36,307 nucleotides of DNA from an uncultured Clostridia bacterium. GTDB lineage: Bacteria > Bacillota > Clostridia > TANB77 > CAG-508. A program made the translations under genes and the position numbers. Positions 35,592 through 36,307 of this stretch are shown here, piece after piece. Position 1 is the first letter of the stretch, and every line of letters starts with the position of its first letter. A model generated the notes under the pieces. It was given only the letters and a program-made list of their open reading frames with translations, ran no database searches and had not been told where the DNA came from. The stretch covers positions 1-36,307 of the forward strand of contig CANQXC010000108.1 of assembly GCA_947627785.1 (NCBI GenBank), read 5' to 3'.

Positions 35592-36307
35592 TTATATAAT
35601 TTTAAAAGAGTCTTTCTTTTTTGGTTTCTTAATATCATTTAAGAAATAGGGTTGCATTATAAGTTTTTTTGGGGGCAAAATCTTATTACCATTGGAAATA
35701 AAAGAAAGACAAGAAAAAGTTTCCAATCCCCTAGTAAAGAATTGTGTATCATAAATAAATTCTGTATTTACATGTGTTGTTATACTTTCTGAGACACTGG
35801 AATGTTTAGAATTTAATGAATTAGTAACATAATTATAGTTAGTTTCTTGTGCATTTTCAGAAATACTTTTAGATACTTTTGTTTTATCTTCTTTACCAAT
35901 TTGTTTTTGAGCATCTTCTATTGTAAAAATATCATCAGTTCTATACCAAAGTTTATTAATTAAATTTTGAATAATCGTTTTAGTAGCATACTGGTCTTTT
36001 AATGAATTTAAAAGAGAAGTATAGCTTTGTGTTGCAACAATATTAATACATTTAGCTTCTCTACTTTGGGCAAAAAATTCACTATCTGTTGTTGTAGCAT
36101 ATTCATGAAATTCATCGCATATAAAAACGCTAGGTTTTACAGTGTTACTTGATAGCTGCGAAAGTACTTCAGATTGGAAATCAAGTTTTAAATATGCAGC
36201 AATTAATTTGGATAGATTTTTATACTTGGCAATATTCATATTTAAAACAACAATTTTACCTTGTTCTAATATATCTTTAAAACCAAAGAAATTTAAGGAT
36301 TTTTTTT
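35592..36307 (-). CDS. Type IV coupling protein (VirD4/TraG/TraD family), C-terminal part; the 5' end lies beyond the window
   Basis: Walker B-like VFICDEFHEY and the SREAKCINIVATQSYTSL motif (R..g....l..QS..QL pattern). By hand translation the frame stays open from 36239 to the window edge (..KKSLNFFGFKDILEQGKIVVLNMNIAKY..). Confidence 0.65.
   Translation of the reverse strand, partial: KKSLNFFGFKDILEQGKIVVLNMNIAKYKNLSKLIAAYLKLDFQSEVLSQLSSNTVKPSVFICDEFHEYATTTDSEFFAQSREAKCINIVATQSYTSLLNSLKDQYATKTIIQNLINKLWYRTDDIFTIEDAQKQIGKEDKTKVSKSISENAQETNYNYVTNSLNSKHSSVSESITTHVNTEFIYDTQFFTRGLETFSCLSFISNGNKILPPKKLIMQPYFLNDIKKPKKKDSFKII

Noticed and set aside
1-36307. A search by eye for CRISPR arrays, rRNA genes, IS transposases, integrases or recombinases, toxin-antitoxin pairs and recognisable defence genes.
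   Set aside because: I found none. I saw no regularly spaced direct repeats, no DDE or tyrosine/serine recombinase motifs, and no nuclease- or ATPase-type defence signatures outside the T4SS coupling protein.

Overview
This window looks like chromosomal DNA from a very AT-rich, endospore-forming Firmicute, probably Clostridium-like. That inference rests on sleB-ypeB, an alpha/beta-type SASP gene, and the order SRP RNA-dnaX-ybaB-recR. All family assignments come from motif recognition by eye, not from database searches.

The window has three parts:
- Positions 1-8.9 kb are housekeeping and sporulation genes: tRNA-Arg(CCU), a truncated DinD-like gene, tadA, a short SRP RNA, dnaX, ybaB, recR, a UgtP/MGDG-synthase-like glycolipid GT, sleB-ypeB and a SASP gene.
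- Positions 9.0-34.0 kb are one large ABC-transporter-dependent cell-wall glycopolymer locus. It contains a Wzm/Wzt-like exporter, TagO, TagA and MnaA linkage-unit enzymes, and a CapE/FnlA-type UDP-2-acetamido-2,6-dideoxy-L-hexose pathway. It also has at least nine glycosyltransferase domains, several in multidomain proteins with coiled-coil tails. A Gac-like extracytoplasmic decoration module and a WaaL-like ligase coupled to tagO complete it.
- Positions 34.0-36.3 kb are a truncated type IV secretion (conjugative element) fragment running off the window edge.

The glycopolymer locus is the most interesting content. It combines a teichoic-acid-type linkage unit with no poly(glycerol/ribitol-phosphate) synthases, coiled-coil GTs sharing terminal peptide motifs, a GacH/I/L-like side-chain module, and a WaaL-like ligase rather than an LCP ligase.

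Other items worth a second look are a 177-bp element with perfect 21-bp inverted repeats (MITE or invertible switch), an unlisted 50-codon ORF, and a diverged hairpin repeat at two sites. I saw no CRISPR array, rRNA gene, transposase or integrase.
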